From UHGV virus genome UHGV-0204427: a stretch of DNA of 40,810 bases. The stretch is one strand, 5' to 3'. This document shows positions 26,591-36,419 of this stretch, one piece after another. The position numbers and the translations under genes are program-made. A model generated the notes under the pieces. That model worked only from the letters and a program-made list of their open reading frames with translations. It had not been told where the DNA came from and made no database searches. How positions within the stretch are numbered: position 1 is the first letter of the stretch; each line of letters starts with the position of its first letter. Source of the stretch: a virus.

Positions 26591-26729
26591 AATAATATTC
26601 CCTTCACTAAATACTCGGCGCTGCAACGCCTGTAAGTACAGTATAGGTCAGGGGGAGGAAAAAGACAAGACGGACAACGTAAGAAGTACAACCAGTACCA
26701 CATACAATTTACCAGAGAGGGGTGGTGAT

Positions 26730-26882
26730 ATGGCAAACGTAATCATAACAACCTATGACGGGAAAGTCTATACAAATCCGGAGGACATTAAAGTAGAAAG
26801 AAACGAGAATACGGAAATGTTTTACCGGTTTTTGGAACAGTACCGTGATGAAAGAATTCAGAAGCGAGAGGACACCGCCTAA
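26730..26882 (+). CDS. 50-aa hypothetical
   Basis: RBS AGAGGGGTGGTG. ATG 26730. Confidence 0.3.
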   Translation: MANVIITTYDGKVYTNPEDIKVERNENTEMFYRFLEQYRDERIQKREDTA

Positions 26883-26903
26883 GGGCGGCCCTGTAGGACA
26901 AGC

Positions 26904-27101
26904 ATGGAAAGGAGTGACAAGCCAATGAGAGCTAAGACAATAGCAGAACATGCCATTCGTACATGGATGAGCAATCAATTTCCTGGCATAGATGCCAGAT
27001 TGGATTTTACTGGAGCGCGCGAGGCAATCATTACAGATGTCAATGGGGACCATTTACAAGTGGTATATGATGGCGGAGAGGTAAGAATGGTCGATGCGTA
27101 A
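26904..27101 (+). CDS. hypothetical early protein (65 aa; alternative start 26925)
   Basis: ORF with plausible RBS. Confidence 0.35.
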   Translation: MERSDKPMRAKTIAEHAIRTWMSNQFPGIDARLDFTGAREAIITDVNGDHLQVVYDGGEVRMVDA

Positions 27102-27189
27102 GTATGGTGGCCTCGGTAACACACTGAGGCTGGTATATGACAACGATACCAAGTCTGTCTATGACAAAGAGTAGGAGGGTGTTAGGACA

Positions 27190-27405
27190 ATGAAAAAGAA
27201 GGATGACTTAGAGGCCATTGTGGACCTGCTACATGAATGGTGTGCGGAATATGGAGAGGAATATGCTTCCGCCTGCATTATTAACGGTATAGGACGCGCA
27301 ATCAATGACCCCGCTTTACCTGCTGATGCATGGGTTAGTGTTTTGAAAGATTATAAAGAGATGGACCCCAGCGGCGGCAACCGCAAGAGGCCCATGGACA
27401 AATAG
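27190..27405 (+). CDS. hypothetical acidic early protein (71 aa)
   Basis: RBS GGAGGG. Confidence 0.4.
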   Translation: MKKKDDLEAIVDLLHEWCAEYGEEYASACIINGIGRAINDPALPADAWVSVLKDYKEMDPSGGNRKRPMDK

Positions 27406-27469
27406 TTTAGCACATTCTTATTGTAAGGGATTATGGAGGAAAAATCAACCATAAAAGGAGGCACGCCGC

Positions 27470-27607
27470 ATGAGCTATTATATCCGATGCCCTCATTGTG
27501 GGGCCTATCTTGACCCGGGGGAGAAATGCTCCTGCAGGGAAGAGAATACAACGGAAACCATGAATATGAAAACGGAGGAAAACGAAGATGACAAACATGA
27601 ACATTAA
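27470..27607 (+). CDS. 45-aa zinc-ribbon peptide (CPHC…CSC)
   Basis: Strong RBS AAAAGGAGG 8 nt upstream. Not in the track (<60 aa). Confidence 0.45.
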   Translation: MSYYIRCPHCGAYLDPGEKCSCREENTTETMNMKTEENEDDKHEH

Positions 27608-28058
27608 TATTACAGGACTTGATACAATCGCACAGGCAATCAATAACCTGGCGCAGGCGTTAGGAAAGGGAGGCGTGACTGCTTCCTTTAGTGAATCTAC
27701 TCCTGCCGGCCCGCAGTTAACGCAGATGGCTGGGAACTATCAGAACCCAGGACCGGCAGCTTCGGGGCCACAGCAGTCAGGTCTTCCTGGAGCTGCTACA
27801 GGACAGCCAGGCATGATGCAATATCAACAGCCCTTCACAGGACCGGCCGGACAGGGAGCACTGCCAACGACAGCCACCACACAATCCTATACCCAGGACC
27901 AGATAGCCATTGCACTGACTGGACTCATCGACCAGGGCAAGCGGGACTATGTGATGCAGATATTGGGACAGTTTGGCGCAATGTCCCTCATGCAAGTGCC
28001 TGTTGAACGGTATCCGGAACTTGTGACGCAGTTGAGAGGGGCAGGTGCAAACATCTAA
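27588..28058 (+). CDS. hypothetical protein with Q/P/G-rich low-complexity centre
   Basis: RBS GGAGG. 'GPQLTQMAGNYQNPGPAASGPQQSGLPGAATGQPGMMQYQQPFTGPAGQG'. Confidence 0.45.
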   Translation: MTNMNINITGLDTIAQAINNLAQALGKGGVTASFSESTPAGPQLTQMAGNYQNPGPAASGPQQSGLPGAATGQPGMMQYQQPFTGPAGQGALPTTATTQSYTQDQIAIALTGLIDQGKRDYVMQILGQFGAMSLMQVPVERYPELVTQLRGAGANI

Positions 28059-29281
28059 TGGCAGAAGAGAGGAAACACGCGTTGTTGTCGGCATCCAGTG
28101 CCAAACGGTGGATAAACTGCCCGCCATCTGCGAGACTGTCCGAAGCATTTCCAGAATCAACATCTGACTACGCGGAAGAAGGTACGCTGGCTCACGATAT
28201 CTGTGAGTTGAAGCTGCGGAAATTATTCATTGAGCCGGGGATGCCAGAAAAGACATTTAAAACTGCACACAATCAATTAAAGAAGCACGGGCAGTATGAC
28301 CCTGAGATGGAGCGCTATACAGACGAATATGTGGACTACATACAGAAGATAGCCTACAGCTATCCTGTGCCACCTAAGATTGTGATTGAAAAGGAAGTCC
28401 ATTACGGGCATGTCGCCCGGGATGGCTACGGCTTCTCTGACTGTATCATTCTGAGCGGTACAGACTGCCATGTGGTGGATTTCAAGTATGGTAAGGGCAT
28501 TACAGTCAGTGCGGAGGAAAATCCGCAGATGATGCTGTATGCGGTCGGGGCTATAGCTGAGTACGGAATCGTATTTCCTGTAGAACGGGTCATCCTGCAT
28601 ATTGTGCAGCCGCGGACAAAGAACTTTTCACGATGGGAACTTTCAGCCAGTCAGCTCCAAACCTGGTCAGAGCAGACCGTAAAGCCTGCAGCGGAACTGG
28701 CCTGGGAAGGCAAGGGAGATTTTAGGCAGGGCTCCTGGTGTGATGACTGCTTCTGCCCTGCCGCGGGAACCTGCCGGTTCCGGATGGAGGAAAACATGGC
28801 GGCCCTGCAGAAACATACGGACCCAATTACAGGGAAGATAATACCCGCAGAGCTCCTAACCAATGGTGAAATTGGCTCAATCCTTCCCTTTCTTGAATTC
28901 GCAGCACCCTGGATCAAGAAGGTCCGCGCGGCCGCCCTCGACAAACTGCTGGCGGATGAGGATGTCCCAGGGTGGAAATTGGTGGAGGGCAGGAGCAACC
29001 GGGAGCTCCCTGACCCAGATAAGGCATATGCCGCGCTGGTGGAGGCCGGATATAAGAAGGCCCTGTTTTATGAGCGGATTCCGGTAACTCTGACTGAGGC
29101 GGAGAAACTGATCAATAAGGATGACTTCAACACAATCCTTATGCCATTTATTGTGAAACCAAAAGGAAAACCCACGCTTGCACCTAAGGGGGACAAACGT
29201 CCGCCATACCAAAAAGACACTACCCCGCAGGAGGATTTCGGTGGGGAGAATCAATATAAGGAGGAAGAAAAAACATGTTAG
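28058..29281 (+). CDS. DUF2800-family PD-(D/E)XK (Cas4-like) nuclease with C-terminal Cys cluster
   Basis: N-terminus 'LSASSAKRWINCPPSARL' is the DUF2800 signature. 'CDDCFCPAAGTC' Cys cluster. Confidence 0.7.
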   Translation: MAEERKHALLSASSAKRWINCPPSARLSEAFPESTSDYAEEGTLAHDICELKLRKLFIEPGMPEKTFKTAHNQLKKHGQYDPEMERYTDEYVDYIQKIAYSYPVPPKIVIEKEVHYGHVARDGYGFSDCIILSGTDCHVVDFKYGKGITVSAEENPQMMLYAVGAIAEYGIVFPVERVILHIVQPRTKNFSRWELSASQLQTWSEQTVKPAAELAWEGKGDFRQGSWCDDCFCPAAGTCRFRMEENMAALQKHTDPITGKIIPAELLTNGEIGSILPFLEFAAPWIKKVRAAALDKLLADEDVPGWKLVEGRSNRELPDPDKAYAALVEAGYKKALFYERIPVTLTEAEKLINKDDFNTILMPFIVKPKGKPTLAPKGDKRPPYQKDTTPQEDFGGENQYKEEEKTC

Positions 29282-30045
29282 TTGGAAGATTCAGGGCAAG
29301 TTACGCCCATGTGTTTGAGCCGTCTACACCGCCAGGTGGTGGGGAGGCCAAGTATCAGATAACCATGCTCATCCCAAAATCCGATGTGAATACATACAAT
29401 GCCGTTGTAGCGGAAATGAACCGGGCCCTGCAGGAAGGACTACAGAAAACGTTTGGCGGACAGATGCCGGCAAGACCCTCCATGCCCCTGTATGACGGTG
29501 ACGGGACCAAACAGAACGGAGAGCCTTGGGGAGAGGAGTGCCGGGGCCATTGGGTACTGCGTGCATCAAGCAGGACCAGGCCTTCCGTGGTGGATATCAA
29601 CATCCAGCCTATCCTTGACCCAAATGCATTTTATTCCGGCTGCTATGCCCGGGCAACGGTCAATTTTTATCCATACAATACAAATGGTAACCGTGGAGTG
29701 GGATGCGGACTTAACAACATACAGAAGATTGCCGACGGGGACCCCCTGTCCGGCAGGACGACAGCAGAAGAAGACTTCGGCGGGTCCAATGCGTATGCAG
29801 GTTCCGCGGCAGCTACGAACGGGTATGGGCAGCCTGCGTATCAGCCGCCGTCCTACCAGGCTCAGGCTTATCAGCAGCCTGCCGGCGGTTTTGGGGGCGC
29901 GCCGGCCAGCCCTCCCGGGATGATGCCGGGATATACGGCGGCACCCATAGGGTACGCCCCTCCTGCAGGCGGGGCGCCACAGCAGCAGGCGATTGACCCG
30001 GTGACGGGAAGGCCGCTGCCAGCCGGGGGAGTGATGGGGATTTGA
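29275..30045 (+). CDS. DUF2815-family phage protein (putative ssDNA-binding), Q/P/Y-rich tail
   Basis: N-terminus 'RASYAHVFEPSTPPGGGEAKYQITMLIPKSD' is typical of DUF2815. Always paired with DUF2800 and PolA. Confidence 0.65.
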   Translation: MLVGRFRASYAHVFEPSTPPGGGEAKYQITMLIPKSDVNTYNAVVAEMNRALQEGLQKTFGGQMPARPSMPLYDGDGTKQNGEPWGEECRGHWVLRASSRTRPSVVDINIQPILDPNAFYSGCYARATVNFYPYNTNGNRGVGCGLNNIQKIADGDPLSGRTTAEEDFGGSNAYAGSAAATNGYGQPAYQPPSYQAQAYQQPAGGFGGAPASPPGMMPGYTAAPIGYAPPAGGAPQQQAIDPVTGRPLPAGGVMGI

Positions 30046-32006
30046 GGACCCTAAGTATTGACACAGAAACATATAGCAGTGTAGATATCCGGAAATCAGG
30101 GCTGTACAAATATGTACAGTCCCCTGATTTTGAAATCCTTCTGTTTGCCTATGCTTATGACGATAATCCGGTACAGGTCGTAGACCTGGCACGGGGGGAG
30201 AAAATCCCGTATTACACAGTCATGGATCTGCACAGGCCCGAAGTCGTGAAGACGGCATTCAATGCAGCATTTGAATATTACTGCCTCAGTAAGTTCTTTG
30301 AGACACATCTGGAGCAATGGCAATGCACCATGGTCCATGCATGGTACTGCGGATATGCAGGAGGGCTGGATGCCATCGGCAGGGCCATGGAATTTCCCGA
30401 AGACAAGCGTAAACTGTCCACAGGCAAGTCACTGATTAAATATTTCTGTACCCCATGCGCCCGTACGAAACGGAACGGTGGGCGTACCAGGAATCTTCCG
30501 GGACATGCTCCGGATAAGTGGAAGCTGTTTAAGGAATACTGCGGACAGGATGTGGTGACCGAACGGGAAATTAAGAACCGGCTGGCGGAGTATCCGGTGC
30601 CTGCATTCGAGCATCAATTATGGGTGATTGACCAGGCGATTAATATTGGCGGAGTGGCTCTTGATACGGCCCTGATAAATGGTGCGCTGGCAATCAGTGC
30701 CCAAATGACAGAAGAACTGACTGAGAAAGCCCGGAATATCACGGGGCTGGATAACCCAAACAGTGTAGCACAGCTTAAACAATGGGTCATAAACAATGCA
30801 GACGTGGAGATAGAGAGTCTGAACAAGCAGACGGTTGCTGACCTCCTGTCCCAGGAATCCGGAACCGATGAGGTACAGGCTATGCTTCGGATACGTCAGG
30901 AGATGGCAAAGACCTCGGTGAAGAAATACCAGGCCATGCAGGACGCGCTGTGTGATGACGGCCGGGTGCGCGGGCTCCTGCAGTTTTATGGGGCCTGCCG
31001 TACAGGGAGATGGGCCGGAAGGCTTGTGCAGGTGCAGAACCTGCCACGAAACTATATTGACAGCCTGGATACGGCCAGGGCGCTTGTACAGAAACAAAAA
31101 ATAGATGCCCTCCGGGTTATATATGGGAATGTGCCTGACACGCTCTCACAGCTCATCCGGACGGCATTTATACCTGGAGACGGATACACCTTCGCCGTGG
31201 CTGATTTCTCGGCCATAGAGGCGCGTGTGATTGCCTGGCTGGCGGGAGAGGAATGGCGATTGGATGTGTTCCGGACACACGGGAAGATTTATGAAGCCTC
31301 GGCCAGTACCATGTTCGGGGTGCCGATAGAGAAAATAAAGAAAGGGAACCCGGAATACGCCCTGCGTAGTAAGGGAAAGGTTGCTGAGCTGGCCTTGGGA
31401 TACCAAGGTGCGGCTGGGGCCCTTATCCAAATGGGCGCCCTGCGGATGGGCCTTCATGAAGAAGAACTGCCGGACATTGTACAGAGGTGGCGGGCATCAA
31501 ACAAACGGATTGTAGACCTGTGGTACAGCATAGAGCAACACGCGGCGGAATGCGTGGAATATGGTGTGATATCATCCCTGCCGAACGGTATTTCGTTTTC
31601 AAGGGACACGGACCGGATGATGGTTACCCTGCCAAGCGGCCGTAAGCTGTTCTACCTTAAACCGCAGATGATTCCAGATGAGAGGAATTACAAGCGGATC
31701 TATTTTATGGGGCAGAACCAAAAGAGCCATAAATGGGATTTGCTCCCGACCTACGGCGGCAAACTCACGGAGAATATCGTACAGGCCGTGGCAAGAGACT
31801 GCCTGGCCAATGCCATGGTGAACCTGCATACGGCAGGGTACCGGATTAACTTCCATATCCATGACGAGGTGATACTGGAAATTCCCAAGGGCGGCAGGCA
31901 GAGTCTGGAGGAGGCAATAAGCCTCATGTGCAGGCCTCCGGCATGGGCTGAGGGGCTTCCTCTGAATGCGGATGGATTCACAGGAGATTATTACAAAAAG
32001 GAGTAG
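30042..32006 (+). CDS. DNA polymerase I family A (3'-5' exo + pol), phage type
   Basis: Exo I 'LSIDTETYS'. Motif A 'VADFSAIEARV'. Motif B 'RSKGKVAELALGYQG'. Motif C 'HIHDEV'. Confidence 0.85.
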   Translation: MRTLSIDTETYSSVDIRKSGLYKYVQSPDFEILLFAYAYDDNPVQVVDLARGEKIPYYTVMDLHRPEVVKTAFNAAFEYYCLSKFFETHLEQWQCTMVHAWYCGYAGGLDAIGRAMEFPEDKRKLSTGKSLIKYFCTPCARTKRNGGRTRNLPGHAPDKWKLFKEYCGQDVVTEREIKNRLAEYPVPAFEHQLWVIDQAINIGGVALDTALINGALAISAQMTEELTEKARNITGLDNPNSVAQLKQWVINNADVEIESLNKQTVADLLSQESGTDEVQAMLRIRQEMAKTSVKKYQAMQDALCDDGRVRGLLQFYGACRTGRWAGRLVQVQNLPRNYIDSLDTARALVQKQKIDALRVIYGNVPDTLSQLIRTAFIPGDGYTFAVADFSAIEARVIAWLAGEEWRLDVFRTHGKIYEASASTMFGVPIEKIKKGNPEYALRSKGKVAELALGYQGAAGALIQMGALRMGLHEEELPDIVQRWRASNKRIVDLWYSIEQHAAECVEYGVISSLPNGISFSRDTDRMMVTLPSGRKLFYLKPQMIPDERNYKRIYFMGQNQKSHKWDLLPTYGGKLTENIVQAVARDCLANAMVNLHTAGYRINFHIHDEVILEIPKGGRQSLEEAISLMCRPPAWAEGLPLNADGFTGDYYKKE

Positions 32007-32010
32007 GCTT

Positions 32011-34473
32011 ATGTTCGTGAATGACAGGAAAATCAGAATATCAGTAGGTACGAGCAGGAAAGCCACGTCCTGGCACCGGCAGGAGCTCCTGTGGTCGGAT
32101 TTCGTCCAACGGATATCCCGGCCGGAACGCACGGGTGAAACCTTTGCGGAATATAAAGGGCTTACGAAAGCGCGTCAGGATGAATTAAAGGATGTCGGTG
32201 GCTTTGTCGGCGGGGAACTGAACGGGGAGGCCCGCAGGAATGAGAACGCCGGTGACAGGCACCTGGTGACACTGGATGCGGACAACATCATTCCGGGAGG
32301 GACACAGGCAGTTCTGAATGCTGTGGAGGCACTGGGGTGTTCCTATGCTGTATATTCCACAAGGAAACATGAGGGCGCGGCCCCCAGGCTGCGTATCATC
32401 CTTCCGTTGGACGTGGCATGCACGGCGGACGAATATGAGCCTATAGCCCGGAAAGTGGCGGCTTTCCTGGGGATACAGATATTTGACCCGACCACGTTCG
32501 AGCCGGTCCGGCTCATGTACTGGCCAAGCTGCAGCGCGGACAGCGAGTATGTATTTCTTTATGGGGATAAGCCATTCCTGTCAAAGGACGGGGTTCTGAG
32601 GCTCTACCAAAACTGGCGCAACGTGGCGGAATGGCCTGAGGTACCGGGGGCCGCAAAGCTCCGCGACCGGTCGGCAAAGAAGCAGGGTAACCCGCTTGAA
32701 AAGCAGGGGGTGGTAGGCGCATTCTGCCAGACGTACGATGTGACGGAAGCCATCGCACAGTTTATACCGGATGCGTACATCCCCTGCGGGGAGGGCCGGT
32801 ATACATACAGTGAGGGCTCAACCATGGGCGGCGCCGTATTATATGACGGCGGGAACTTCCTGTACAGCCACCATGCCACGGATCCGGCCAGCGGGAAACT
32901 CTGCAACGCGTTCGACCTGGTCCGCCTCCATAAATTCAACGAGGAGGATTATGACGCGAAACCGGAAACCCCAGTGACACAGCTGCCATCATTTAAGGCC
33001 ATGTGTGAATTTGCCCTGCAGCAGGAGCCTGTATCCAAGGCAATGGCCCTGGAGCGGTACAGGAAGGCTCAGGAGGACTTTTCACAGCCGGTCCAGGGGG
33101 AGACAGAGGGAGTCCCGGATTTTGAATGGATGGGAGAGCTTAAGTGCAGCTCACGGACAGGGCAGCCCCTCAATACCATCGACAATGTCCTCATTATACT
33201 GAACCATGACCCAAAACTGAACGGGCGGTTCTGGCATGATGAGTTCGCGAACAGGGCGGTTGTTGGACAGGCCATGCCCTGGGAGGCGCCAAAGGACAAT
33301 TACAAGCTGAGAGCCTGGGCGGACGAGGATGACTCAGGGCTCAGGCATTATATAGAGAAAGTATACGGGATAACCGGGAAAGAGAGGATATATGATGCAA
33401 TGGCTGTATATGCGACAAACCATAAGCAGCATAAGATAAGGGAATATCTGACCGGGCTGGTCTGGGATGGTATTCCGCGTATTGATACCCTGCTGACTGA
33501 TTATTTTGGGGCGGAGGACAGTACCTATACAAGGGAAGCCATGCGCAAGACATTGACGGCAGCCGTGGCCAGGGCAATGGTTCCGGGAATTAAGTTTGAC
33601 AGCATGCTGATACTGTCAGGAGCCCAGGGAGTGGGAAAGAGTACCTTTTTCCGCTTCCTGGGAAGGGACTGGTATTCTGACAGCCTGGCAACGTTTGAGG
33701 GCAAAGACGCCGCGGAGCTCATACAGGGATATTGGATTATAGAAGCCGGGGAACTGGCCGGTATGAATAAGTCAGAAATGAACACAGTCAAACAGTTCAT
33801 GAGTAAAACAGAAGATGTCTACAGGGAGCCGTACGGAAGGCGGACGAAGCCATTTCCGCGTTCCTGCATCATCGTAGGAACAACCAATGACAAAGAGTTT
33901 TTGAAAGACCAGACAGGCAACAGGCGGTTCTGGCCGATTGACCTTGGAAAAATCCCCAGCAGAAAAAATGTGTTTGGGCAGCTGCCAGGTGAGGTGGACC
34001 AGATTTGGGCGGAGGCCTTTATGAGATGGCAGTGCGGCGAGAAGCTGTTTCTGGAGGGAGACGTGGCGAAGGAAGCGGTACGACAGCAGGAGGAGCATAA
34101 GGAAAGCAATCCTAAGGAGGGTATCATCCGGGAGTTCTTGGGCAGGAAGATACCGGCAGACTGGAGCCGGAAGGACTTGGCAGCCAGGAGAGAGTTCTGG
34201 AACTTTGCGGGGCGGGATTATGATGAGAACCTGCTTTTGCCGCGTGACAGGGTATGCGCTGCAGAAATATGGTGCGAATGTTTTTATGGGGATTTGAAGA
34301 TGATGAAGAAGTCGGATGCCCATGAAATCAACAGCATACTATCCGGTCTGTCTGGATGGGAACGGAGCTCCGGAGCCATTCCATTCGGCCCATACTATGG
34401 AAAACAGAGGGGATATGTTCTAAGCCAGGAGACAAGATTAGATTGTTGCCCGGCAACATTCCAAAAATTGTAA
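32011..34473 (+). CDS. primase-helicase (VirE / P4-type primase C-terminal ATPase)
   Basis: 820 aa. Walker A 'SGAQGVGKST'. RBS AAGGAG 8 nt before ATG 32011. Confidence 0.75.
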   Translation: MFVNDRKIRISVGTSRKATSWHRQELLWSDFVQRISRPERTGETFAEYKGLTKARQDELKDVGGFVGGELNGEARRNENAGDRHLVTLDADNIIPGGTQAVLNAVEALGCSYAVYSTRKHEGAAPRLRIILPLDVACTADEYEPIARKVAAFLGIQIFDPTTFEPVRLMYWPSCSADSEYVFLYGDKPFLSKDGVLRLYQNWRNVAEWPEVPGAAKLRDRSAKKQGNPLEKQGVVGAFCQTYDVTEAIAQFIPDAYIPCGEGRYTYSEGSTMGGAVLYDGGNFLYSHHATDPASGKLCNAFDLVRLHKFNEEDYDAKPETPVTQLPSFKAMCEFALQQEPVSKAMALERYRKAQEDFSQPVQGETEGVPDFEWMGELKCSSRTGQPLNTIDNVLIILNHDPKLNGRFWHDEFANRAVVGQAMPWEAPKDNYKLRAWADEDDSGLRHYIEKVYGITGKERIYDAMAVYATNHKQHKIREYLTGLVWDGIPRIDTLLTDYFGAEDSTYTREAMRKTLTAAVARAMVPGIKFDSMLILSGAQGVGKSTFFRFLGRDWYSDSLATFEGKDAAELIQGYWIIEAGELAGMNKSEMNTVKQFMSKTEDVYREPYGRRTKPFPRSCIIVGTTNDKEFLKDQTGNRRFWPIDLGKIPSRKNVFGQLPGEVDQIWAEAFMRWQCGEKLFLEGDVAKEAVRQQEEHKESNPKEGIIREFLGRKIPADWSRKDLAARREFWNFAGRDYDENLLLPRDRVCAAEIWCECFYGDLKMMKKSDAHEINSILSGLSGWERSSGAIPFGPYYGKQRGYVLSQETRLDCCPATFQKL

Positions 34474-34680
34474 AAGGCAACAATGGGAACAGGAGGCAAC
34501 AATCCAATGTTGCTGTAAAAACCCTTGAAAATCAAGGGTTAAACCCTTAATCAACAGTGGCAACATTCTTATATATAAAAATATAAAATAAAGGGTAATG
34601 TATATATAATACCCCTGCGCCCGCATACGCGTATATATATATATAGAATGCTGTAGCCCGTTGTTGCCAAGGGGTAAAAA
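34443..34680. repeat. origin-like region: iterons GGCAACA(A/T)T direct at 34476, 34495, 34559 and inverted TGTTGCC at 34444, 34661; palindromes CCCTTGAaaaTCAAGGG and AAGGGTTaAACCCTT; AT-rich tract with (TA)7
   Basis: Read directly. Sits between the primase-helicase stop and the VRR-NUC start. Confidence 0.55.
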
Positions 34681-34692
34681 GGAGGCGTCAAA

Positions 34693-35049
34693 ATGCTTGA
34701 AAAAGAACTTGAAAAGAAATTCACGGAAGCGGTGAAGAAATGTGGCGGTATCGCATTCAAGTTTGTCTCCCCCGGTAATGCCGGCGTGCCGGACAGGCTG
34801 GTGATACTCCCCGGAGGCCGGATCGGGTTCGTGGAGCTTAAACAGGAGGGGAAGAAGGCAACAGTACTGCAGAGTAAAAGGATACATGCCCTAAGGGAAC
34901 TGGGGTGCGCAGCTTGTGTGCTTGACCGGGAGCCGGATATAGGCAGGGCAATCATGTACATAGCGTCAGATGCAGGAAAGGATCCGGCCTGGCAGGACTG
35001 GAAACTGAAAGAATTTCTTGAAGAATCAAGAAAGCGGGAGCAGCCATGA
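34693..35049 (+). CDS. VRR-NUC domain nuclease
   Basis: 'GVPDRLVILPGGRIGFVELKQEGKKATVLQ' is the VRR-NUC core. ATGA overlap with the SNF2 gene. Confidence 0.7.
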   Translation: MLEKELEKKFTEAVKKCGGIAFKFVSPGNAGVPDRLVILPGGRIGFVELKQEGKKATVLQSKRIHALRELGCAACVLDREPDIGRAIMYIASDAGKDPAWQDWKLKEFLEESRKREQP

Positions 35050-36419
35050 AGTTTGTACCGCATGATTACCAGAGGTACTGCATCAACCGTATGATATCAG
35101 ATCCTGCCCTGGGCCTGTTTCTTGACATGGGACTCGGTAAGACCGTGATTACCCTGACCGCGGTCAATGACCTTCGGTATAACCGTTTTGAGGTCGGTAA
35201 GTCATTAGTAATAGCACCCAAGAAAGTGGCGGAGGATACCTGGATCCGAGAGGCCGGGAAGTGGGACCATCTGAAACTGCTTCGGATTATCCCCGTGCTT
35301 GGCAGCAGAGAGAAGCGGATAAAGGCCCTTAATACCCCGGGAGATGTGTATGTGCTGAGCCGGGATAATGTGCAATGGCTTGTGGACCATTACCGCAACG
35401 CCTGGCCGTTTGACACGGTAATCATAGATGAGCTGTCCAGTTTCAAGAACCCGCAAGCCAAGCGTTTCAAGAGCCTGTGCCTGGTGAGGAACCACATACG
35501 CCGGATTTATGGGCTGACCGGTACACCGGCGCCAAACGGCCTTCTGGACCTGTGGTCCCAGATATACCTGCTTGACCAGGGACGGCGGCTGGGGACAAGG
35601 ATAGGGCAGTACCGGGAAGAATATTTCTCGCCAGCATCCAGAAACCGGGACACCATCTTTTCATACGCGCCGCTTCCAGGGGCAGACCGGATTATCCAGC
35701 AGCGGATATCCGACATCTGCATCAGCCTGCAGGCAAAGGATTACCTGCAGCTTCCAGAGCGAATTGACAATGTAATACATGTGCGTCTTAATCCCAGGGA
35801 GCAGGCAGCATATGAGAAGTTTGAGCGTGAGATGCTTCTGGAAGTGGACGAGGCCACACTGGATGCCGGGTCAGCAGCGGTGCTTTCCGGTAAGCTCCTG
35901 CAGTTCTGTAATGGGGCCGTATATGACAGTGACAAGCATGCAGTGGAGGTCCATGGCGAGAAGCTGGAGGTATTCAAGGAGATTGTGGAAGGCAGCCAGG
36001 GGAAACCGATACTGGTATTCTACAACTTCCAGCATGACAAGTCCCGTATTATCAAGTGCCTTCCGAAGGGACTTAGGATAGCGGAGCTTAAGGGGCCGGG
36101 CGTAATCAGCCAGTGGAATGAGAGGAAGATAGATGTACTCCTGGCGCATCCGGCCAGTGCCGCTTACGGACTCAACCTCCAGGCGGGTGGAAACATCATC
36201 GTATGGTTTGGCCTTAACTGGTCCCTGGAACTGTATCAACAGGCAAACGCCAGGCTGCACAGGCAGGGACAGACGGATAATGTTATTATCCACCACTTGA
36301 TTGTATCCGGGGGGATGGATGAGGATGTCATGGCAGCGCTGCAGAATAAGCAGGTTACGCAGGATTCCCTGCTTGCGGCCCTTAAGGCAAGGATAGCAAA
36401 AGTGAAAGGGGAAACGTGA
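35046..36419 (+). CDS. SNF2-family DEAD/DEAH helicase
   Basis: Motif I 'DMGLGKT'. Motif II 'IIDELS'. Motif VI 'QANARLHRQGQ'. Confidence 0.85.
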   Translation: MKFVPHDYQRYCINRMISDPALGLFLDMGLGKTVITLTAVNDLRYNRFEVGKSLVIAPKKVAEDTWIREAGKWDHLKLLRIIPVLGSREKRIKALNTPGDVYVLSRDNVQWLVDHYRNAWPFDTVIIDELSSFKNPQAKRFKSLCLVRNHIRRIYGLTGTPAPNGLLDLWSQIYLLDQGRRLGTRIGQYREEYFSPASRNRDTIFSYAPLPGADRIIQQRISDICISLQAKDYLQLPERIDNVIHVRLNPREQAAYEKFEREMLLEVDEATLDAGSAAVLSGKLLQFCNGAVYDSDKHAVEVHGEKLEVFKEIVEGSQGKPILVFYNFQHDKSRIIKCLPKGLRIAELKGPGVISQWNERKIDVLLAHPASAAYGLNLQAGGNIIVWFGLNWSLELYQQANARLHRQGQTDNVIIHHLIVSGGMDEDVMAALQNKQVTQDSLLAALKARIAKVKGET

